DNA of 64,000 nucleotides from Chthoniobacteraceae bacterium (GTDB lineage Bacteria; Verrucomicrobiota; Verrucomicrobiia; Chthoniobacterales; Chthoniobacteraceae): NCBI GenBank assembly GCA_044221035.1, contig JBGAPU010000014.1, positions 7,598 to 71,597 of the forward strand, read 5' to 3'. Shown piece by piece: positions 53,659 to 64,000 of this stretch (position 1 is its first letter; each line of letters starts with the position of its first letter). The notes under the pieces were generated by a model. It saw only the letters and a program-made list of their open reading frames with translations, ran no database searches and was not told where the DNA came from. The position numbers and the translations under genes were made by a program.

Positions 53659-54537
53659 CTAAAGTTTGCGACCCGTGAGTCGCTCGTAGGCCTCGATGTA
53701 TTTCGCGCTCGTCTTCGCGATCACATCCTCCGGCAGCGGCGGGGCGGGCGGGGTTTTGTCCCATGTGAGGGTCTCGAGGTAGTCGCGGACGAATTGCTTG
53801 TCGAAGCTCGGAGGCGAGATGCCCACGCGGTAGTCGGCAGCGGGCCAGTAGCGCGAGCTGTCGGGCGTCATCACTTCGTCGATCAAGATCACGCGGCCAT
53901 CGAGGATGCCGAACTCGAATTTGGTGTCGGCCAGAATGATCCCGCGCTCGGCGGCATGCGCGCGGCCCTCCTCGTAGATGCGGATCGCGAGCGAGCGCGC
54001 CTGTTTGGCGACGTCTTCACCGCAAAGCCGCACGCATTCGTCCCACGCGATGTTTTCATCGTGGCCGGTCGCCGCCTTCGTGGCTGGCGTGAAGATGGTC
54101 TGCGGGAGCTTTTCCGCCTGCCGCAGGCCGGGCGGGAGCGTGATGCCGCACACGGCGCCGTTGTGCTGGTAGTCTTTCCAGCCGGAGCCGATGAGGTATC
54201 CGCGCACGACGCACTCGACGGGGAGCGGCTTCGCTTTCCGCACGATCATCGAGCGTCCGCGGAGCTGCTGCTCGAAGGGCTTCAGCGCGGCGGGGAAGTC
54301 CGCGAAGTCCACGGCGACGAGGTGATTCTCGACGAACGTCATTCTCCGGAACCAGAAATCCGAGAGCTGCGTGAGCACCTCGCCTTTGCGCGGGATCGCG
54401 TTCGGCAGGATGCAGTCGAACGCCGAGATGCGGTCGGTCGCGACGAAAAGCAGGTGCTCGCCGAGGTCGAAAATCTCGCGGACTTTGCCGCTGGCGACTT
54501 TGCGGATGCCGGGGAGGTCTAGCGATAGGATGTCCAT
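53659..54537 (-). CDS. purC: Phosphoribosylaminoimidazole-succinocarboxamide (SAICAR) synthase
   Basis: From ATG 54537. 'ASGKVREIFDLGEHLLFVATDRISAFD', 'VRGYLIGSGWKDY', 'GIILADTKFEFG', 'LIDEVMTPDSSRYW'. Confidence 0.9.
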   Translation of the reverse strand: MDILSLDLPGIRKVASGKVREIFDLGEHLLFVATDRISAFDCILPNAIPRKGEVLTQLSDFWFRRMTFVENHLVAVDFADFPAALKPFEQQLRGRSMIVRKAKPLPVECVVRGYLIGSGWKDYQHNGAVCGITLPPGLRQAEKLPQTIFTPATKAATGHDENIAWDECVRLCGEDVAKQARSLAIRIYEEGRAHAAERGIILADTKFEFGILDGRVILIDEVMTPDSSRYWPAADYRVGISPPSFDKQFVRDYLETLTWDKTPPAPPLPEDVIAKTSAKYIEAYERLTGRKL

Positions 54538-54630
54538 GCGGCGTGCGGGATGGCGGAAGCGGGGCGGGATGTCGAGCCGGGGCGCGGTGCTTGCGAAGAT
54601 TCGCGGACCGGCGAACATGCGGGAGTGCAA

Positions 54631-56529
54631 ATGCCCTCCATCGCCAAAGCCGCAGCCTGCATGTCGTTGCTCGCCGTCACGCGGGCGGCGGCAGGGCCGT
54701 CGCTCGAGGAAGGCCGGCAGCACTGGGCGTTTCAGCCGTTGCACGATGCGCTGCCGCCCGTGGTGAGTGAGGCGGCGTGGGTGAGGAATGACGTGGACCG
54801 TTTCATCCTCGCAAAGCTGGAGGCTGCGGGGCTGAGGCCTTCGCCGGAGGCGGACCGCGTGACGCTCATCCGGCGCGTGACGCTCGATTTAATCGGACTG
54901 CCACCGACGCCGGAGGAAGTCGCGTCGTTTGCCACGGACAAGTCGCCGGGCGCGTGGGAACGCGTGGTCGATCGCCTTCTCGCGTCGCCGCACTATGGCG
55001 AACGATGGGGCCGGCACTGGCTCGATCTCGCGCGCTATGCGGACAGCAGCGGCTTTCACAACGACCTCGACCGGCCGCACGCGTGGAAATACCGGGACTA
55101 CGTCATCCGCAGCTTCAATGAGGACAAGCCGTGGGCGCGCTTCGTCGCCGAGCAGCTCGCGGGCGACGAGGTGGACGGTGCGGACGAGCGGTCGCTCATC
55201 GCCACGGGCTTCTGCCGCAACGGCCCGAGCAACGACGACAACATGGGCAAGACGCCCGAGGCGCTCGCGCAGTATCGTGCGGACCAGCTCGACGACGTCA
55301 TCTCGACGGCTGGCGCGGTCTTCCTCGGCGTGACCATCGGCTGCGCGCGCTGCCACAACCACAAAACCGACCCGTTCACCTCGAAGGACTACTACTCGCT
55401 GCTCGCGGTTTTCAACGGCACGCAGAAATACGGACTCGTGCCCGGCACGGAGGACGCGGCGGGGAAAAAGGTGAAGGTGGATGCCAAGGTGCAAATCCAG
55501 GCGCTCGTCGAGAACAGCGCGAAGGTGCCCGCGACATTCGTGATGCGGCGCGGCCTCGCGGCAAACAAGGGCGATGAAGTCGGCCCCGCGGTGCCCGCGG
55601 TGCTTTCGATGCAGCCGATGAAATTCCCGGAGCCGGGCGCGGACGCGAAAACATCCCTGCGCCGCCGCACGCTCGCGGAGTGGATTGCATCGCCGGAGAA
55701 TGCCCTCGCGTGGCGCGTGCTCGCGAACCGCGTGTGGCAGCATCATTTCGGAAAAGGCATCGTCGCGACTCCGAGCAATTTCGGCTTCACCGGCGCGGCA
55801 CCGACGCATCCCGAGCTGCTCGACTTCCTCGCACGCCAGCTCATCGCGAATGGCGGGCACCTCAAACCGCTGCACAAACTGCTGCTCACTTCGGCGACGT
55901 ATCGGCAGGCGTCACAGGACCGCGCGGACGCGGCTGTGAAAGACCCCTCAAACAGTCTGCTATGGCGCGCGAACCTCCGCCGCATGGAAGCCGAGGTTGT
56001 GCGCGACAGCATCCTTGCCGCCAGCGGCAAGCTGAACACGCAGGCCGGCGGGCCGGGCATCAAGCCACGGCTGCGCGCAGAGCTGCTCGACGCGAGCCAG
56101 CGCAACAAGTGGCCCGTGCTCCAAAAGGAGGACGAGCGCCACTGGCGGCGCAGCGTTTACATCTACACGAAGCGCCAGCTCCTCATGCCGATGATGGAGC
56201 TGTTTGACGCGCCGACGACCACGGACAGCTGTGCTGCGCGCCTGTCGAGTGTCGTGCCCACGCAGGCGCTCGTGCTGATGAATGACGAGTTCGCCGAGGA
56301 ACAGGCCGCGTTTCTCGCGGAGCGCGCGATGCGCGAGTCCGGGAATGATCCCCAGCACGCCATCGAGCGCATGTTCCTGCTCACCACTTCGCGCATGCCG
56401 GACGCGATGCGGATAAAGGAAGCGCTCGCCTTCGTGCAATCGCGCGAGTCGGAGTGCGGACGCACCGGCGCGCTCACCGACCTCGCGCATGTGCTGTTGA
56501 ACAGCAGCGAATTCATCCATATCGAATGA
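54631..56529 (+). CDS. DUF1549 + DUF1553 protein
   Basis: Signal peptide from ATG 54631. 'VDRFILAKLEAAGL..RRVTLDLIGLPPTPEEV', 'CARCHNHKTDPF', and C-terminal 'LTDLAHVLLNSSEFIHIE'. Confidence 0.9.
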   Translation: MPSIAKAAACMSLLAVTRAAAGPSLEEGRQHWAFQPLHDALPPVVSEAAWVRNDVDRFILAKLEAAGLRPSPEADRVTLIRRVTLDLIGLPPTPEEVASFATDKSPGAWERVVDRLLASPHYGERWGRHWLDLARYADSSGFHNDLDRPHAWKYRDYVIRSFNEDKPWARFVAEQLAGDEVDGADERSLIATGFCRNGPSNDDNMGKTPEALAQYRADQLDDVISTAGAVFLGVTIGCARCHNHKTDPFTSKDYYSLLAVFNGTQKYGLVPGTEDAAGKKVKVDAKVQIQALVENSAKVPATFVMRRGLAANKGDEVGPAVPAVLSMQPMKFPEPGADAKTSLRRRTLAEWIASPENALAWRVLANRVWQHHFGKGIVATPSNFGFTGAAPTHPELLDFLARQLIANGGHLKPLHKLLLTSATYRQASQDRADAAVKDPSNSLLWRANLRRMEAEVVRDSILAASGKLNTQAGGPGIKPRLRAELLDASQRNKWPVLQKEDERHWRRSVYIYTKRQLLMPMMELFDAPTTTDSCAARLSSVVPTQALVLMNDEFAEEQAAFLAERAMRESGNDPQHAIERMFLLTTSRMPDAMRIKEALAFVQSRESECGRTGALTDLAHVLLNSSEFIHIE

Positions 56530-57965
56530 CGCCCCACATGCTGAGCCGCCGACACTTCCTCCAACGCACCGGCGCGGGCTTCGGCGCGCTCGCGCTGCAG
56601 TCGCTTCTCTCCCGCGACGGGCTTCTGGCGGCGGATTCATCGAAGGCCGCTCGCAATCCGCTCGCGCCGCGCGCCCCCCATTTCGCACCGCGCGCCCGCT
56701 CGGTGATCTTCCTCTTCATGTATGGCGGGCCGAGCCATGTGGATTTGTTCGACCCGAAGCCCGCGCTCGCGAAGTGGCACGGGCAGGCGATTCCCGTTTG
56801 GAAAAAGGAGGACGCGTTCATGGGCGGCAAGACGAAGAACGTCGCGATGGCGAGCCCATACACGTTCGCCAAACACGGACAGGCGGGCATCGACATCGCG
56901 GAGACTTTCCCAAACCTCGCGCGGCACGCGGACAAGCTGTGCGTCATCCGCTCCATGCACGCTGAGAGCAACAACCACGGACCGGCGATTTTCCAAATGA
57001 ACACCGGCTCGATCCTCGCGGGCCGGCCGAGCATGGGCTCGTGGGTCACTTACGGGCTCGGTTCCGAGAGCGACAACCTTCCCGCGTTTGTCGTGCTGCT
57101 CGACCACCAGGGTGCGCCAGTGAACGGCGCGCTGAACTGGTCGAACGGCTTCATGCCCGCGGCGTTTCAGGGCGTGCCGTTTCGCAGCAGCGGCGAGCCC
57201 ATTGCCTATCTCACGCCGCCGAAGAGCGTGACCACGGAACGCCAGCGCGCGCGGCTCGACCTGCTCGGGCGCTGGAACTCCGCCTACGCCGCGGCGCATC
57301 CGGCGGAGAGTGACCTCGCCGCACGCATCAACGCCTACGAACTCGCTTTCCGCATGCAGATGAGTGCGACGGAATGCACCGACATCGCACGCGAGCCGGA
57401 GTCCGTCCGCCGCCTCTACGGCCTCGATGAAAAGGTGACTGCGCACTTTGGAAAAAACTGCCTGCTCGCGCGGCGGCTCGTTGAGCGCGGTGTGCGCTTC
57501 GTGCAGGTTTACAGCGGCGGCAACGAAGGCCCGAAGGCATGGGACGCGCACGACGACCTGAAGAAGAACCACGACCTGCACTGCGCCGAGACCGACCGTC
57601 CCATCGCAGCGCTGCTCGACGATTTGCAGTCTCGCGGTCTGCTCGACACGACGCTCGTCGTGTGGGGTGGCGAATTCGGTCGCTCGCCCGTCGCGGAGAA
57701 CGGCAAGGGTCGCGATCACCATCCGAAGGGCTTCACGATGTGGATGGCCGGCGGCGGCATCAAAGGCGGCATCGTCCACGGCGCGACGGATGAGTTTGGC
57801 TACGAGGCCGTGGAGGACAAGGTCTCGGTGCCCGACCTCCACGCCACGATGCTGCACCAGCTCGGCCTCGATCACGAGGAGCTGACATTCCATCACACCG
57901 GGCGCGATTTCCGCCTCACGGATGTGAGCGGCGATGTGCTGAAAAATCTGATCGCGTCGCGCTAG
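56526..57965 (+). CDS. DUF1501 (sulfatase-like) protein with Tat signal
   Basis: ATGA overlap with the upstream stop. 'LSRRHFLQRTGAGFGALAL', 'FLFMYGGPSHVDLFDPKP', 'GRDHHPKGF', '[11 protein letters not shown]'. Confidence 0.9.
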   Translation: MTPHMLSRRHFLQRTGAGFGALALQSLLSRDGLLAADSSKAARNPLAPRAPHFAPRARSVIFLFMYGGPSHVDLFDPKPALAKWHGQAIPVWKKEDAFMGGKTKNVAMASPYTFAKHGQAGIDIAETFPNLARHADKLCVIRSMHAESNNHGPAIFQMNTGSILAGRPSMGSWVTYGLGSESDNLPAFVVLLDHQGAPVNGALNWSNGFMPAAFQGVPFRSSGEPIAYLTPPKSVTTERQRARLDLLGRWNSAYAAAHPAESDLAARINAYELAFRMQMSATECTDIAREPESVRRLYGLDEKVTAHFGKNCLLARRLVERGVRFVQVYSGGNEGPKAWDAHDDLKKNHDLHCAETDRPIAALLDDLQSRGLLDTTLVVWGGEFGRSPVAENGKGRDHHPKGFTMWMAGGGIKGGIVHGATDEFGYEAVEDKVSVPDLHATMLHQLGLDHEELTFHHTGRDFRLTDVSGDVLKNLIASR

Positions 57966-57978
57966 AAGCGCCGTGCGC

Positions 57979-59325
57979 TCAGGCAAGAATCTCCTTCACC
58001 ACCTTGCCGCCCTGCACGCCGGTGAGGCGGATGCTGCGGCCGCCCTGCGTGAAGGCGAGGTGCTCGTGATCGAGACCGAGCAGGTGGAGGATTGTCGCGT
58101 GCAGGTCGCGGAAGTGGACCTTGCCCTCGACGCATTCCGCACCGGTGTCGTTCGTTTTGCCGTGGACGAAGCCGCGCTTCACACCGCCGCCCGCGAGCCA
58201 GAAAGTGAAGGCGCGCGCGTTGTGGCCGGTCTGGTCCTTGCCGTCTCCGGGCGTGAGGCCGGGGCGTCCGAATTCGCCGCCCCACACGACGAGCGTGTCC
58301 TCGAGCATCCCGCGTGATTCGAGATCGTCGAGCAGTGCAGCGATGGGGGCGTCGGTCGAGACGCAGTTCGCCTTCAAGTCGCGGCGATGATCGGTGTGCT
58401 GGTCCCAGCTTCCTTGGTTCAACTCGATGAAGCGGACACCCGCCTCGGCGAAGCGGCGCGCGAGCAGGCACTGGCGGCCAAAGTCGGAACCTTTGCAGGT
58501 GCCGACATCGTAGTTCTTGCCGACCTGATAGCGCTCGAGCGTCGCCTTGGATTCGCTGCTGAGGTCGAGCAGCCCGGGTGCGGCGGTCTGCATGCGGAAG
58601 CCGAGTTCCATCGTCTGGATGACGCCTTCGAGCCGCTCGTCGTCGGGGTGCTGCGCAAAATGCGATCGGTTCATCGCCTGGATGAGGTCGAGCTGACGGC
58701 GCTTCACATTCTGCGGAAGATGCGCGCCCCCGATGTCGCTGATCGTCGCCTTCGACATGTCCTCGCCATTGATGCCGATGGGCGTGCCCTCGTAAATCGG
58801 CGGCAGGCACGCGCCCGAATACACGGAGGGCTTCGCGGTGTTCAGGCTGATGAAGCCGGGCAGGTTTTGGTTCTCCGTGCCGAGTCCGTAGCTCACCCAC
58901 GAGCCCATGCTCGGGCACGGACGTAGTCGATCGCCGGTGTGAAGCTGGAGGAATGACTGCGCGTGGTTGCCGGTGTCGGCATACATGGCGTTCAGCACGC
59001 AGAGCTTGTCCGCGTGGCGCGCCATGTTGGGCAGCAGCTCGGAGACGTGCACGCCGCTCTGGCCATGCTGCGCGAACGACACGACGGAGCCGGGGTGTGG
59101 CTTGCTGCCGACCTGCGGCTTATAGTCGAACGTGTCGAGCTGCGCGGGTCCGCCGCTCATGCAGAGAAAAATCACGCGCTTCGCCCGTGCGGCGATTCTC
59201 GGCGGACGCGGCGTGAGGTCGGGCGTCGCGGCATTTGCCATGCCGGCCATCGCGAGGTAGCCGAAGCCGCAGGATGCGAGGCGGAGCATTTCGCGCCGGG
59301 TGAGGTGACGGGATGGCGTGTGCAT
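57979..59325 (-). CDS. DUF1501 (sulfatase-like) protein with Tat signal
   Basis: '[21 protein letters not shown]', '[18 protein letters not shown]', 'WGGEFGRPG', '[12 protein letters not shown]'. ATG at 59325, with TTG at 59343 as an alternative. Confidence 0.9.
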   Translation of the reverse strand: MHTPSRHLTRREMLRLASCGFGYLAMAGMANAATPDLTPRPPRIAARAKRVIFLCMSGGPAQLDTFDYKPQVGSKPHPGSVVSFAQHGQSGVHVSELLPNMARHADKLCVLNAMYADTGNHAQSFLQLHTGDRLRPCPSMGSWVSYGLGTENQNLPGFISLNTAKPSVYSGACLPPIYEGTPIGINGEDMSKATISDIGGAHLPQNVKRRQLDLIQAMNRSHFAQHPDDERLEGVIQTMELGFRMQTAAPGLLDLSSESKATLERYQVGKNYDVGTCKGSDFGRQCLLARRFAEAGVRFIELNQGSWDQHTDHRRDLKANCVSTDAPIAALLDDLESRGMLEDTLVVWGGEFGRPGLTPGDGKDQTGHNARAFTFWLAGGGVKRGFVHGKTNDTGAECVEGKVHFRDLHATILHLLGLDHEHLAFTQGGRSIRLTGVQGGKVVKEILA

Positions 59326-59335
59326 GGGGAAGGCG

Positions 59336-61678
59336 TCAGTCAATGTAGCGGAGTTCGTTGCTCGCGAGCAATGCCTGGCAGAACGCGGCCCACGTTGCCG
59401 TGCGGCGCGCTTCGGCGTTCAGTTCGCGCGGCAGCATCGCGCTGGTGTCGCGGAGGAATTCGCGCGCGCTCACGATTTCCGGCGGCTGCGGCTCGCGGGA
59501 AAATGCACGGCGGTAAGCAGTCTGGACGATCTCTTGCTCGCCCGACGAAGTCGCCAGCAGCCGCTCGGCAAAGCGCTGCGACTGTTCGACGAGGAAGCCG
59601 CTGTTCAGGAGGTAGAGCGCCTGCGTGGGCAGCGTGGTGATGTCGCGCTGGCCGGTGACCGCAGTGCCGTCGGGGAGATTGAATGCGGTGAGTTCGGGCG
59701 GCATCGAGTTGCGCACCATCAATAGATAGACGCTGCGGTGTCGGCTCGGCCGGTGGAGATTGCCCATTTCGTTGATGAGCAATTCCTGGTGCTGAATCAG
59801 CGAACCCTGCCCGGGCTGGAGATCGAGTTCGCCGCTCGCGGCGAGCATCGTGTCGCGCAGCGCTTCGGCGTCGAGACGGCGGCGTTCGTGTCGTGCGAGC
59901 AGCGTGTTGTCCGGGTCCGCGTCGCGCGTGCGCTCGTCGCATTCACTCGCGAGCTGATACGTGCGGCTGAGGACGATCGTGCGGATGAGTCGTTTCACGG
60001 ACCATTTCTCCGCGACGAAACGCGACGCGAGATGATCGAGCAGCTCCGCGTGCGAGGGCCGGTCGCCATATACGCCGAAGTCGTCCGGCGTCCGCACAAG
60101 GCCGTGGCCGAAGAGATGCAGCCAGACGCGGTTCACCATCACGCGCGCGGTCTGCGGATGATTGCTGCTCGTGAGCCACTGCGCGAGTTGCAGGCGGCCG
60201 CTCTGCTGCGGAGTTACCGCGAGTGCTTCATCCACCGTGCCGCATGCCGTGAGAAATCCACGCGGGATCGCAGGGCCGGTTTTCTTCGACTCGCCGTCGA
60301 TGTTCAGCTTGCAGTCCGCGATCGTTTTCGCCTCGCGCAAGCCCATCGCGAGCGGCGCACCGGGCGGATACGGGAATGCGGGTTTTGCCGGCTTTCTTTT
60401 CGATTCCTTCACCGGCTTCGGCAGCTCGGAGGCGGGTGGCGGCGTGCTTTTCGCAGCGGCCTGCAATTCGTGGAGCGGTGTCTGCGGCGCGGTGAGCCCC
60501 TCGAACGCCGCAGCGCCCCACAGCGTCTCGGTGCTCTTGAAAATTCCAGCGAGCGCGTAGTAGTCGCGCATCGGGATGGGGTCGTGCTTGTGATCGTGGC
60601 AGCGCGCGCAGCCGACACTCAGGCCCATGATGCCGCTGCCCACGACGCCGATTTGATCCGCGACAACATCCATGTCGAAGTTGTCGTTCATCGCCTTCGC
60701 GGGCTTCGAGCCGATCGCGAGAAATCCAGTCGCGACGAGCTGGCGGTCGCGCTGCGCGGGCGACTCGGCAGGCAGCAGGTCGCCGGCGATTTGCTCCGTG
60801 ATGAAGCGGTCATACGGCACGTCGTCGTTGAACGACTGAATCACGTAGTCGCGGTAGCGCCACGCGTGCGGGAAACTCGGATTGCGGCTCAGGCCATCGT
60901 TGCCGTTCGACTCGCCGTAGCGTGCAACGTCGAGCCAGTGGCGTCCCCATCGCTCGCCGAATTGTGGCGACGCGAGCAGCATGTCGGTGAGTTTTTCCAC
61001 CGCGCTCCGGGCGTTCGCCGCGTGTGCATTTTCAAAGGCGCGCACTTCTTCAAAGTTCGGCGGCAGCCCGGTGAGATCGAAATAAATCCGCCGCACGAGC
61101 ACCGATGCCGACGCGTCCTTCGCTGGCAAAAGCCCGGCCGCTTCGATCTTAGCGAGCACGAATGCATCCATCGGTTCGCGCGGCCAATCCTTCGCCCTCA
61201 CTGCGGGCGGCGTGGGATTTACCACGGGCCGAAAGGACCACAGCGCCGCCTTGTCCGCGGTGACCGCGCCTTTTTTCGCCGCAACCGGGGCATTCACGCG
61301 CGGGTCCGGCGCGCCCATTCTCACCCACGTCACGAAGTCATTCACGACCATGTCCGGCAGACGTTTCTTCGGCGGCATCTCGATGCCATCGTAGCGCAGC
61401 GCCTGCACGATGAGGCTTTCGTCCGGCTTGCCGGGAATCACCGACGGCCCGGACTCGCCGCCGCTGAACATTTCCGCGGGCGTGTCGAGCAGCAGCTTGC
61501 CGCCGATTTTCTTCGCACCGGCGGAATGGCACTCGTAGCAGTGCTTCACCATCACCGGCCGGATCTTGCTCTCGAAAAAAGCACGCTGCTCCGGACTCAT
61601 CTCACCCGCACACGCAACCGCAGGCACTGCTGCGATGCAGCCTGCGAGGATAGAGCGGAACGGGAGGGATGGCTTCAT
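59336..61678 (-). CDS. PSCyt1 + DUF1549 + DUF1553 protein
   Basis: '[18 protein letters not shown]', '[26 protein letters not shown]', '[11 protein letters not shown]', and C-terminal '[13 protein letters not shown]'. ATG at 61678, with GTG at 61690 as an alternative. Confidence 0.9.
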   Translation of the reverse strand: MKPSLPFRSILAGCIAAVPAVACAGEMSPEQRAFFESKIRPVMVKHCYECHSAGAKKIGGKLLLDTPAEMFSGGESGPSVIPGKPDESLIVQALRYDGIEMPPKKRLPDMVVNDFVTWVRMGAPDPRVNAPVAAKKGAVTADKAALWSFRPVVNPTPPAVRAKDWPREPMDAFVLAKIEAAGLLPAKDASASVLVRRIYFDLTGLPPNFEEVRAFENAHAANARSAVEKLTDMLLASPQFGERWGRHWLDVARYGESNGNDGLSRNPSFPHAWRYRDYVIQSFNDDVPYDRFITEQIAGDLLPAESPAQRDRQLVATGFLAIGSKPAKAMNDNFDMDVVADQIGVVGSGIMGLSVGCARCHDHKHDPIPMRDYYALAGIFKSTETLWGAAAFEGLTAPQTPLHELQAAAKSTPPPASELPKPVKESKRKPAKPAFPYPPGAPLAMGLREAKTIADCKLNIDGESKKTGPAIPRGFLTACGTVDEALAVTPQQSGRLQLAQWLTSSNHPQTARVMVNRVWLHLFGHGLVRTPDDFGVYGDRPSHAELLDHLASRFVAEKWSVKRLIRTIVLSRTYQLASECDERTRDADPDNTLLARHERRRLDAEALRDTMLAASGELDLQPGQGSLIQHQELLINEMGNLHRPSRHRSVYLLMVRNSMPPELTAFNLPDGTAVTGQRDITTLPTQALYLLNSGFLVEQSQRFAERLLATSSGEQEIVQTAYRRAFSREPQPPEIVSAREFLRDTSAMLPRELNAEARRTATWAAFCQALLASNELRYID

Positions 61679-61780
61679 GTGCCGGGACACTTCATTAGAC
61701 GCGCACCGGCGCAGTTCTTAGCCATTTCAAAATGGGTCGCGGCCTGCGGGGAAAAGCGGGCGCCGCGGCGAAGGCGGAAA

Positions 61781-61990
61781 TCAGAACCGTGTCTTGATCT
61801 TGCACGCACGGAGCACGCACCAGCCGCGCATCACCTCGATGACACCGACAAGAGCCGAGATCGCGAGAATCGCTGCGAGCCACTCGACGCCTTTGCGGTG
61901 TGCGATGAATGCGCCGGCGCAGAGCACGAGTGTCATCACTGCGCGGATGACGCGGCCATGGCGGTCGATGTTGGGGGTCCAGAAGCCCAT
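61781..61990 (-). CDS. Small two-TM membrane protein (DUF2892/YgaP-C-like)
   Basis: 69 aa from ATG 61990, 'NIDRHGRVIRAVMTLVLCAGAF...LAAILAISALVGVIEVMRGWCVLRA'. The domain call is tentative. Confidence 0.4.
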   Translation of the reverse strand: MGFWTPNIDRHGRVIRAVMTLVLCAGAFIAHRKGVEWLAAILAISALVGVIEVMRGWCVLRACKIKTRF

Positions 61991-62079
61991 GCGCCCGATG
62001 TCGTCGCAGTGCGCGGATTTTGCAACGCCCGTCACACGATTGGTTTTCCTGCCGACCGCAGCACTGGTAGCCTCCGGCT

Positions 62080-63351
62080 GTGCCTAACCGTTTCCCGAGA
62101 ACCTTCCGAATCCGACAGAAATTCGAGCGCCCGCTGGTCGCGGATGTGGCGAAGGCAGTGAGGGAGGAATTCGCGCGCATCGGCGTGGTGCAGCAGGTGA
62201 AACGGGGGCAGAGCGTGGCCATCACCGCGGGCAGCCGCGGCATCGCAAACATCGCGGCCATTTTGAGGGCAACGGCCGATTTTTTCCGCGCCGCGGGAGC
62301 GCAGCCGTTCATCGTCGCGGCGATGGGGAGCCACGGCGGCGGGACGCCGGACGGGCAGCGCGCCATCCTGCGCAGCTACGGCATCACCGAGGAATTCTGC
62401 GGATGCCCGGTGCGCACGCGCATGGAGACGACGGTGATCGACCGCACGCCGGAGGGAATCCCCGTGCATTTCGGCTGCGACGCGATGGAGGCGGACCACG
62501 TCGTGGTCGTCGGGCGCGTGAAGCCGCACACGGAGCTGTTTGGCGACCACCAGAGCGGGCTGATGAAGATGCTGCTCATCGGCCTCGGCAAGCACGAGGG
62601 CGCGAAGATTTACCACCGCGCATTCGTGGATCATCCGTTCGACGACATCGTCCGCAGCGTGGGCCGGCGCGTGATCGAGAAGGGGCGCATCCTCGCCGGG
62701 CTCGGCATCGTCGAGAATGCCTACGACGAGACCGGACTCCTCCGTGCCGTGCTGCCCCAGGAATTCGAGGCGCAGGACAGGGACATGCTCGCGCTATCCA
62801 TGCAATGGCTGCCGCGGCTGCCCTTCGACCACGCGGACCTCCTTCTAGTGGATGAAATCGGAAAGGAGATTTCCGGCTGCGGCATGGACACGAATGTGAT
62901 CGGCCGCAAGCGCCACGAGCACGGGCCCGGAGAGGGGGAATTTCCGAGGATCAAGCGCATCGCCGTGCGCAGCCTCACCGAGCAGACGCACGGCAACGCG
63001 ACGGGGTTGGGCAAGTGCGAGTTCTGCCTCACGCGCGTGGTCGAGGCGATGGACCGGCGCATCACTTACATCAATGTCGCCACCGCCTGCCACCCGCAGG
63101 TCGCGATGATCCCGCCGCACTATGACACCGACCGCGAACTGCTCGAAGTGTCGCTTTCCACGATCGGACTCACCGAGCCGGAGCAGGCGAAGCTGCTGTG
63201 GATTCGGAACACCCTGCACGTGGAGGAAGTCGAGTGCGGCGAAGCGTGGCTGCCGCTCGCGCGCGGACGGAGCGACTTGGAGATTCTCACCGAGCCGCGC
63301 GCGCTGCCATTCGATGCAAGCGGCATGCTGCCGAGGACGATGGCACGCTAA
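62080..63351 (+). CDS. LarA-like (DUF2088, nickel-pincer-type isomerase family) protein
   Basis: 423 aa (GTG start). 'SVAITAGSRGIANIA...FIVAAMGSHGGGTPDGQRAIL..YGIT' and 'GLMKMLLIGLGKHEGA' fit my recollection of the DUF2088 family. Not verified. Confidence 0.5.
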   Translation: MPNRFPRTFRIRQKFERPLVADVAKAVREEFARIGVVQQVKRGQSVAITAGSRGIANIAAILRATADFFRAAGAQPFIVAAMGSHGGGTPDGQRAILRSYGITEEFCGCPVRTRMETTVIDRTPEGIPVHFGCDAMEADHVVVVGRVKPHTELFGDHQSGLMKMLLIGLGKHEGAKIYHRAFVDHPFDDIVRSVGRRVIEKGRILAGLGIVENAYDETGLLRAVLPQEFEAQDRDMLALSMQWLPRLPFDHADLLLVDEIGKEISGCGMDTNVIGRKRHEHGPGEGEFPRIKRIAVRSLTEQTHGNATGLGKCEFCLTRVVEAMDRRITYINVATACHPQVAMIPPHYDTDRELLEVSLSTIGLTEPEQAKLLWIRNTLHVEEVECGEAWLPLARGRSDLEILTEPRALPFDASGMLPRTMAR

Positions 63352-64000
63352 GCCGACGGCCGCGCCGCGGGTGGCGCCGGTTTTTCCGGCCACTGCAACT
63401 CCTCCACGGGCCCGACGAGGAACGCGTAGGCGGCGGCACCGAGCAGCACGACGACCGAGCACACGACAAACGCCCAGAAGAACTGGCCGGTCTCCTGAAC
63501 GACGAAGCCGGTGACGGCGGGCGCGACGACGCCGGCGAAGTTGGCGAGGCAGTTCTGCAGGCCGGTCCATTTTCCCGCGGCGCGGGGGCCTGCGATGGTC
63601 TGCGGAATCGCCCAGTGGCTCGACGCGAAGATGCCATAGGAGACGCACGCGAACATCAGGCACGCCATCGCGACGGTCTCATCGCGCACGATTGCGACGG
63701 TCACCACGCTTGTCGCGAGGGCGAGGCCGGTAATCACGCACGTCTTGCGCACGCGGGTCGGCGAGGATCCGGCGGCGATGGCACGATCCGCAATGGCGCC
63801 GGTGATGATCGTCGTGATTCCCGTGAGGAAAAACGCGAGGCTTCCGACGTAGGACATTTTGTCCATCGAGAAGCTGCGCTCCTTCACGAGGTAATCGGGC
63901 AGCCACGTGATGAGGAAATACCAGAGGTAGTTCCCGCTGAAATGCCCGGCGAAAGTCGCCCATGCCTGCGGCCGCTTGCAAATCTCGAGGAAGCCCGGGC
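63348..64000 (-). CDS. MFS transporter (anion:cation symporter-like), C-terminal part; gene continues beyond the window end
   Basis: The reading frame stays open from 63887 up to 64000 ('..YLWYFLITWLPDYLVKERSFSMDKMSYVG..'). Six C-terminal TM helices. Its stop overlaps the LarA-like stop region. Confidence 0.75.
   Translation of the reverse strand, partial: PGFLEICKRPQAWATFAGHFSGNYLWYFLITWLPDYLVKERSFSMDKMSYVGSLAFFLTGITTIITGAIADRAIAAGSSPTRVRKTCVITGLALATSVVTVAIVRDETVAMACLMFACVSYGIFASSHWAIPQTIAGPRAAGKWTGLQNCLANFAGVVAPAVTGFVVQETGQFFWAFVVCSVVVLLGAAAYAFLVGPVEELQWPEKPAPPAARPSA

Overview
This is a gene-dense, high-GC chromosomal window of about 45 genes. By content it comes from a PVC-group bacterium, most likely Verrucomicrobiota. 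Supporting this are three PSCyt/DUF1549/DUF1553 + DUF1501 gene pairs, three giant dehydrogenase-propeller/HEAT/cytochrome-c proteins, and a PEP-CTERM protein built of autotransporter-associated beta-strand repeats. No rRNA, tRNA, CRISPR array, transposase or integrase was recognised.

Layout:
- 1-6.7 kb: a tightly packed accessory island. It holds a NERD protein, an acidic unknown, an HNH endonuclease, a DUF3427-like protein, an AbrB-PIN toxin-antitoxin pair, an XRE regulator, an iteron-like 22-bp array and a collagen-like small protein.
- 6.8-13.2 kb: two tandem paralogous Ser/Thr kinases, one with WD40 and one with TPR repeats.
- 13.3-15.1 kb: small housekeeping-type genes.
- 15.3-32.7 kb: a block of giant secreted heme, PSCyt and DUF1501 proteins, with an embedded TARG1/DarG-type macrodomain gene.
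- 33-38 kb: the PEP-CTERM adhesin-like protein and its neighbours.
- 38.8-64 kb: sulfatase, GyrI-like protein, xth, GYD protein, kefGB, avtA, SGNH esterase, Gfo/Idh/MocA oxidoreductase, an octaheme-TPR protein, purC, two more convergent DUF1549/1553 + DUF1501 pairs, a LarA-like protein and a partial MFS transporter.

The most unusual element is a stand-alone ExoY/CyaA/edema-factor-type (class II) nucleotidyl cyclase homologue at 45089-46504. All catalytic motifs are intact, the C-terminal extension carries an IQ-like motif, and a degraded M24 peptidase remnant lies immediately downstream.

Several families of 7-bp tandem repeats, one 22-bp phased array and one perfect 21-bp tandem repeat also occur, some of them inside coding sequence. 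All functional calls rest on motif recognition by eye from the translated ORFs; no database search was run.
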